From Schizochytrium sp. TIO01 (lineage: Eukaryota > Protista > Bigyra: Labyrinthulomycetes): a DNA stretch of 64,000 bases. The notes under the pieces were generated by a model, which did no database searches, was not told where the DNA came from, and saw only the letters and a list, made by a program, of their open reading frames with translations. The stretch covers positions 553,648-617,647 of the forward strand of contig SMSO01000014.1 in NCBI GenBank assembly GCA_004764695.1, in the 5' to 3' direction. Shown here piece after piece: positions 58,268-64,000 of this stretch (positions are counted from its first letter, which is position 1; each line of letters opens with the position of its first letter). A program made the position numbers and the translations under genes.

Positions 58268-58690
58268 TAAACTTTGTAAGATTATTCTCACAACTAATAT
58301 CAAACACAAAGTAAGAATCTGGTGATTTATGATTTCATTAAAAAAGCTTCGTTTGGCTTCCCTTGTTTTTCAATCTCTCTCCTCTTCCGTTTTTCGAATC
58401 ATAAAGACTCTGATGGAAGGGCTCCCGTACAATCATCACAGCCCCACAGAAAGAGCCCAGCCAGGCGTGTCACCCTGCTCAGGTTAATTCAACGGCAACT
58501 ATGATACCTAAACATTCCTATTGTGCCTCGTCCAGCCAAAGTCGCGGTGTGCATGCGTTCTACTCAAATTTAACCGTAACTTTGTGGTCCAACCTATTCT
58601 CAAAACATGGAGCATCGCAGGATAATGCACTACCACGTAATTATTTTGCAAGATTTTGCAAAACTTCAGTTACGTCGAAGGTCGATTTGC

Positions 58691-59845
58691 TTACCAAAGA
58701 TTCAGTTTGCGCATTGTAACCATGACGAGCGTGTCACGTGCCATATCTACAGATTCACGGGCACTCGGAATGCAGTCGTGGAGGGAGGTCCAGTGGACAG
58801 CGCGCTCGATGACCGGGATACCGTAACGTTGAGCAAGAAAAAGACGTTCGCATACAGACGCCATGGTGTCTATATGCTCTTTCATAAATACACGCTGTGC
58901 TGCGTGGCGCGAGTAGAGCTGGAAGGGGCACACCGGGTCATAAATGTCACGAGCACAAGACATCTGGAAAACGACCTGAAATATGCGCCAAGCTACCTCA
59001 CGAGTCAATGACGGGGATTGTGCGTTCTGTGCTTTACGATAGAGAGCTGACGAACTCGGGCCTGATGAGTTTCTATTGCCCCCTTTGACGTCTGAGTGAT
59101 CTTCCTCTGCAATAGATAATGAGCGTTTCGCAGGGGAGTGAAGATCAAGCTGCATATGGGCTCGAGATCCAAGCACGATGCCATCATTCTGCATGGTAGT
59201 CATAGCACTTTCCAGCCGGTCAAGCTCTCCTAGTGCGACATGACCCTCAGCTCTAGTCACAAGAATGAACTCGCCTCGTGTGCGCAAAACTCCCTTACGA
59301 ATGGCAGCCCCGTCTTCATGGCGGTGCCGCAGGCGAAGCGTGCGCACAATATTGGATCCATATTTGTGAACAAACCTTGCCGTGGAGCTCGCAGTAAAGT
59401 CCCTGCTGGCGTTATCCACAACAATGATCTCAAATCCAAACCCAGGTTTAGTTATTTGGCGCTTTTGCAAGTATGCCATGGAGTCGTCGAGGAAAACCGC
59501 CAAACGAGACTCCTCATTGTACGCCAGTACTACAACAGAAAGAGTAATGTTCTCACTAGCGCGTGCCGAAAGGCTTGGAAATTCGCCATACTCCCCTTCC
59601 TTTTCAGTGGCAAAGCGCTCTTTGTCAAAGCTTGTGAAATGCCGTGAAAATAATAGCCCAATCTTGCGTTTCCACCACAATAAACTGCCTGTAAGTGGCG
59701 CCATGCACCACCACATGATAATCACATTCACAGAAAGCACCATTGTGAGGAAGACATTCACAAGAATCTGGAGAGCCACTACTTCTGCAGGTCCATGACG
59801 CACCTCGAGTGGAAGGCCATCGCCGCCGAGGTCCATGGCGCCCAT
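58691..59845 (-). CDS. ALG5-like (dolichyl-phosphate glucosyltransferase family, GT2) protein with degenerate catalytic motifs
   Basis: N-terminal TM, FPSL, LSVVVLAYNEESRL, FEIIVVD, RGEFILV, GSRAHM, FQLYSRHAA collinear with ALG5. Intact reading frame; first ATG at 59845. Confidence 0.8.
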   Translation of the reverse strand: MGAMDLGGDGLPLEVRHGPAEVVALQILVNVFLTMVLSVNVIIMWWCMAPLTGSLLWWKRKIGLLFSRHFTSFDKERFATEKEGEYGEFPSLSARASENITLSVVVLAYNEESRLAVFLDDSMAYLQKRQITKPGFGFEIIVVDNASRDFTASSTARFVHKYGSNIVRTLRLRHRHEDGAAIRKGVLRTRGEFILVTRAEGHVALGELDRLESAMTTMQNDGIVLGSRAHMQLDLHSPAKRSLSIAEEDHSDVKGGNRNSSGPSSSALYRKAQNAQSPSLTREVAWRIFQVVFQMSCARDIYDPVCPFQLYSRHAAQRVFMKEHIDTMASVCERLFLAQRYGIPVIERAVHWTSLHDCIPSARESVDMARDTLVMVTMRKLNLW

Positions 59846-60599
59846 AATATAACTGCAACTGCGATGTGACGAGCGCTTGAAACGCGCGAAACTTTCAGAT
59901 ATAAACCTGGCCAATCCCTCTGAAGGCCAGTCCAGAGTCTTTTGAGGTCAATCTCCACGCACTGCGACGCTTCTAATGCTGCAAATGAAACCAACTTCGG
60001 ATTTGCTTGCCGTTTGAGAGCACGGCTTTGCTTCCTCGCAGTGGTTGGTGACTTTGTCAAAAATAATTAAAATCAATCGATCAATCGATCAATCAAACTA
60101 ACTAACTAACTAATCGTTCGTTTGCTCTGTAGAAGAATAATTTTCTCTATTGTAGAGGATATTTGTTTCACTTGTCATTTTTTTTTTTTTTCTATAGTGG
60201 TGCAAACTCGAGAACTTCTTATCCTCCTCTAGACTGCGAAAACGAGAAGTTGTCTTCGTACGCTCAGCAAAACCAACTTGACTCTCAGCGCTTGATCACA
60301 AGGTTGACTTGGTTCTGTCGCCGGGCTTACACCAGGGATTGGGTCGGAAAGTCCTGTTTGTAAAGGTTAAACTTTGTGTCCTGGCACAGTCTGCGAAACG
60401 GAGATTTTGGCTTCGGGATAGACGGATCGAAACGACCTTGAGACGAGTCTCACGCACGCAAGCGCAATAGAGCATCAGGGTTTGCAATAATTGGACGTAA
60501 CGTGATATACCTAGGTTTGCAGTGCGTATCGACAATTTTTAGTGAGTTTCGTCCAAAACTTTTACAGCTTTAAGTTTTATCCAGGTGAAGATCAGCAAG

Positions 60600-61283
60600 A
60601 TGGTGGACGTGCCCAAAGATAATGAGGAGCTCCGCAAGAAGTATTGGGAGGACAAGCGTATCGAGTTTGAGCAAGGTTGCAGTCATGGCAACGCAGGATC
60701 GTGCTTCAGTTTAGGAGAATGGCATCAGCTCCTCAAACGTGATATGAAGAAGGCTGCTGAGATCTTCGAGGAAACCTGCTCGAAGCGCAACCATGGCAAC
60801 TCATGTTTCTCTCTGGCACAGATGTACCAAGGCGGAGTCCTAGGCGAGAATGATCAAGAGCGCAAGGCCAAGTCTTTCGAGCTCACAGAAAAGGCATGTG
60901 TGAATGGTAATTCGCAGGCATGTGCGTCCATTGCCAACTACTACCTTCATGGTTTTGGTTGCACCAAGGATGTTGCCAAGGCACAGGAGCTTTTTAAGTC
61001 GGCGTGTGATGAGAACGACGCAGGTGCCTGTTTCAAGCTAGGTCGAGTGTATCTTGATGGTGAGAAAAAACACCAGGTCCCTCGCGATGCTACCACTGCC
61101 TTCAAGTACATGAAGAAGGCTTGTGATCTTGGGCACCCCAATGGCTGCCAAGTGCTGGCTGTCATGTACCGCAAGGGTGATGGTGTCGAGCAGAATATGC
61201 AGCTCTTTGAGGACTACCGTAAACTCACACTCGATATCATCAAGCAAACTGGTGAGCGAATGGGTGCTGAAGTGGTTAATTAA
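60600..61283 (+). CDS. COA7: Sel1-like repeat protein, COA7 (cytochrome c oxidase assembly factor 7)-like
   Basis: IEFEQGCSHGNAGSCFSLGEW, KAAEIFEETC...HGNSCF, repeated KAC-x6/7-C pairs, YRKGDGV. Acceptor-like TTTTATCCAG|G at 60584 suggests a 5'UTR intron. Confidence 0.75.
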   Translation: MVDVPKDNEELRKKYWEDKRIEFEQGCSHGNAGSCFSLGEWHQLLKRDMKKAAEIFEETCSKRNHGNSCFSLAQMYQGGVLGENDQERKAKSFELTEKACVNGNSQACASIANYYLHGFGCTKDVAKAQELFKSACDENDAGACFKLGRVYLDGEKKHQVPRDATTAFKYMKKACDLGHPNGCQVLAVMYRKGDGVEQNMQLFEDYRKLTLDIIKQTGERMGAEVVN

Positions 61284-62750
61284 AATACAAATATCTGCAT
61301 TGGCTGGTCTCCTAACCCCTTCTGTAGAAGGAACCCGATACTGGACAACTGTAGACCCAAAAAGCATCATATAAAGTAGCTCGTCTGGCGCGTTGAGAAA
61401 TCACATAGAAGTTGGACAATTAGTCAATAGAGGAATAACATCTTAGCTGGAAGTCTGGAAGAAAACATCGTTTATTTGCATTCTATCGCACATCTTGGCT
61501 TTGTCTTTCCGTTTTTTCTAGCAGTGTATTCCTGATTAAAACAATAACAATCACGGCATTTTCCCTTTTCAAAAAAAATAAAATGTTCGGTCATTAATAC
61601 AGACCAAGCCCTTCGATAGCATAATGAGGAAATAAGGACCGTTTACTCTAGACATCTCTTCGTTTTTCTCGTTTCCTTAAATTATAACTTTGCGCGTGCA
61701 AGTAGAAAGGTCTAATCTCAGAAGTGAAGGCGGCATTGGCGAATGTAAGAGATGAAATCAACAAATCTACCGCATCCACTTTTGGCGGCAGTCGAGATCC
61801 AGGTACTTTCAGAAGAGTAAGGAGTAATTGTAGGGTTAGCGCCTGTCCATCCATGTGCTCCATGCTCCCCTTTACCTAGTCTAATATTTGATGAATTCAA
61901 GTGGGACAAATAACTCCCTCATTTTTTCAAAGAGTATAGATGATCATTCTGTATTTTAATAGATAGTATTCACAACAGCGGTACCACAAGACCGAGCACA
62001 TTAGCATTCACTCAATGGCCAACCCTCCATGTTTACCAAACAGTCCTAATTGAACAATCTAGTGCGTGGTCTTCTGACCACTTGTCTAGTAGGATCGTCA
62101 TTTTAGTTAAATTTATCCATGCTGACGAACCTTGGTGCTTCATCCTACTTCAACCTTTTCAACCATGCCGCCACCAACTCCTGGCCTGTACATGTGTAGG
62201 GAATACTGAATTCATTTCGCTGCCCTTTGCTCTTTCTCATAGACAACAAGTTGATCGTGGTGCTCTCAGAAATAATCTATTTTGGTCACTGAGAGTGCTC
62301 TCAAATATTGCCGCAGAACTCACTTTAGAAAATGACAGTATAATTGCTGGCGGCCAGTCCTCCCCAGCCCCGGGCTCACACGGGATGCTGCGTCATACGC
62401 TTCAGCTCGCCCTGCGATGCCAATGTCTGTCTGCCTACGTGTGTCCATGTGCCTTCAACATCCGTCGTTAGAGTTCTTCTGCAAGTACCAGGTACACAGC
62501 CAGACAGTCGGAAGACCAGTGAAAGCAGAAGTTCCCAGACGATGAGCCGCTCGCACTTCGGCTCGTTCTTAATCCCAGCTACGCAGAGAGCCATCGCGGT
62601 AGCCATCCCAGAGCATCGCCGGTGCACTCGGGAGTCGAGTTGGAGCTGGAATCGTAATCAGGACCAAGGCTGATCGAGCTAAACAAGGGTCGAAGTTGCT
62701 CGTAAATGTAGGCACGTATCATTTTTCATTCCTTCTTGTCACCTGATTTA

Positions 62751-62778
62751 CATTCATTCATTCATTCATTCATTCATT
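62751..62778. repeat. (CATT)7 microsatellite
   Basis: Read directly. Confidence 0.94.
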
Positions 62779-62859
62779 CGTACACACGTAGGACCTCTAG
62801 AGAGTGCATAGGCCATTCATAAAGCACGTAATCAAAACCAAAGACAAGATCATGTACAT

Positions 62860-63340
62860 CCATCCAAAGCTGGGACGCAGAAGCCCGAGCGAGGCTCGAG
62901 GTCGAGGCTCGCGGGTTTACCCCCTTCCCCCTGAAGGCCGATCTCAAGCAGATGTTAAGCTGTCCCAGCGAAGCGTGAACTCAGAGCAAATGAATTCCTG
63001 TTCACGATATGATTTGAAAAATGTCATCACAGTGGAAAGAAACTAAACGCCCAAAATGTGCAGAAGCCGAAATGGCGAGGATAGGACAGCTCGGCGACGG
63101 GAGAGACGACCTGGCCGGAGGCAGCGAGGCGAGAGGGGATCGTGGAGGTCTCCGCGTCCTGGCCCGCCCTCGAGACCGCCGCCGCGGCTTCGAGCGAGCG
63201 AGCGAGAACCTGTTCTGCCGAGGGCGCGAACCGCAGAGCCGCACGAGGCCAAACTTTTTTCAAAAGGCGAAACTTGAAACGGGAAACGAGAAAACCTCAT
63301 TATTGACTTCAGAGGGGCTCAGAGGGTCCGGCACGAGGTG
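62860..63340. promoter_or_regulatory. GC/CpG-rich island, likely promoter or 5'UTR of a gene beyond the window
   Basis: Local GC/CpG enrichment, (GCGA)n run and repeated CACGAGG; overlapping ORFs are low-complexity Arg/Gly/Pro. Confidence 0.3.
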
Positions 63341-64000
63341 TTTCCATCTCAAAGGAGCTCCTCCTCTCAACAACCGCTCACTGTGGAGCACTAGCTCACC
63401 CACTTCTCACTGGTTACTTCTTACCTTACTTATACCCGCTGTGGTAGGCCAAAAATAAACGATCTCCTAACAACCTTCAAAAGTTAGCCCCAGTGGCACA
63501 GACTGGAGGAGTGCAAATTAAGGGGAACCCGCAGAAAGAACTGGGCGGAGAAGAGTCCGCACGAGCGGAGAGGAGGCCTAGCGAGTGCACTGTACTTCTA
63601 CGGTTTTTCACACGAGGCCGGTCTGGGAAATGCGAGAAGGAGCCATCGTGATCATGTACCCGTCTCTATCTTTTCAAACTCTGTGTCGAAGGTTCTTAGT
63701 GAACATGTAGGAACTTCTACCAAGAGAAAAGAGTATGTTTTTTGGTTTTGAATGTTGAAAAAAAAAAGAAGAAAAAAAAAGGAAAAAAAGGGGGAAAAGG
63801 GTTTTGAAAGAAGTCGAAAAGTTCAAAAATGGGAGAGAAAAAGAGAGGAAAGAGAGAAAATCTGAAGAGAATTCAAAGAGAATTCAAACAGACTCCTCAG
63901 AATAATTAGGAGTAAGAAGGAGGAAAAAGAAAATGAGATTAGTTCCATTCTATGGGGAAATAGGGAGACAAAAGAAACAATCAAATCAAAGCGAATAACT

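Noticed and set aside
63487-63547. GCCCCAGTGGCACAGACTGG...CTGGGC resembling a tRNA 5' half
   Set aside because: No T-loop (GTTCRA) and no anticodon stem; cannot fold into a cloverleaf.

Overview
Eukaryotic nuclear DNA: intron-poor genes separated by AT-rich, microsatellite-rich spacers. Gene content and style suggest a flagellated stramenopile protist, most likely a thraustochytrid (inference, not proven). About 15 protein-coding genes are supported: a partial minus-strand ORF at the left edge, REI1/ZNF622, two paralogous ankyrin-repeat+SAM proteins, a two-exon VWA8 AAA+/VWA ATPase, a secretory-pathway sulfotransferase-like protein, a PLGRKT-family protein, an LC4-type EF-hand dynein light chain, an MLO-like 7TM protein, an ABCB half-transporter, a long mitochondrial-type NDP kinase, REV3, the CASP golgin, an ALG5-like GT2 protein and a COA7-like Sel1-repeat protein. 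No rRNA, convincing tRNA, CRISPR array, transposase or viral gene was found. The best leads are protein-level: (1) an MLO-like channel fused to a degenerate EF-hand and a C2HC zinc finger, (2) VWA8 with both a canonical PTS2 and a PTS1-like SKI end and a replaced Gly-rich motif, (3) an ALG5 homologue with all catalytic motifs substituted, (4) the ANK-SAM gene pair with a shared private motif, flanked by decayed LRR-like remnants. No multi-gene novel system can be demonstrated from sequence alone.
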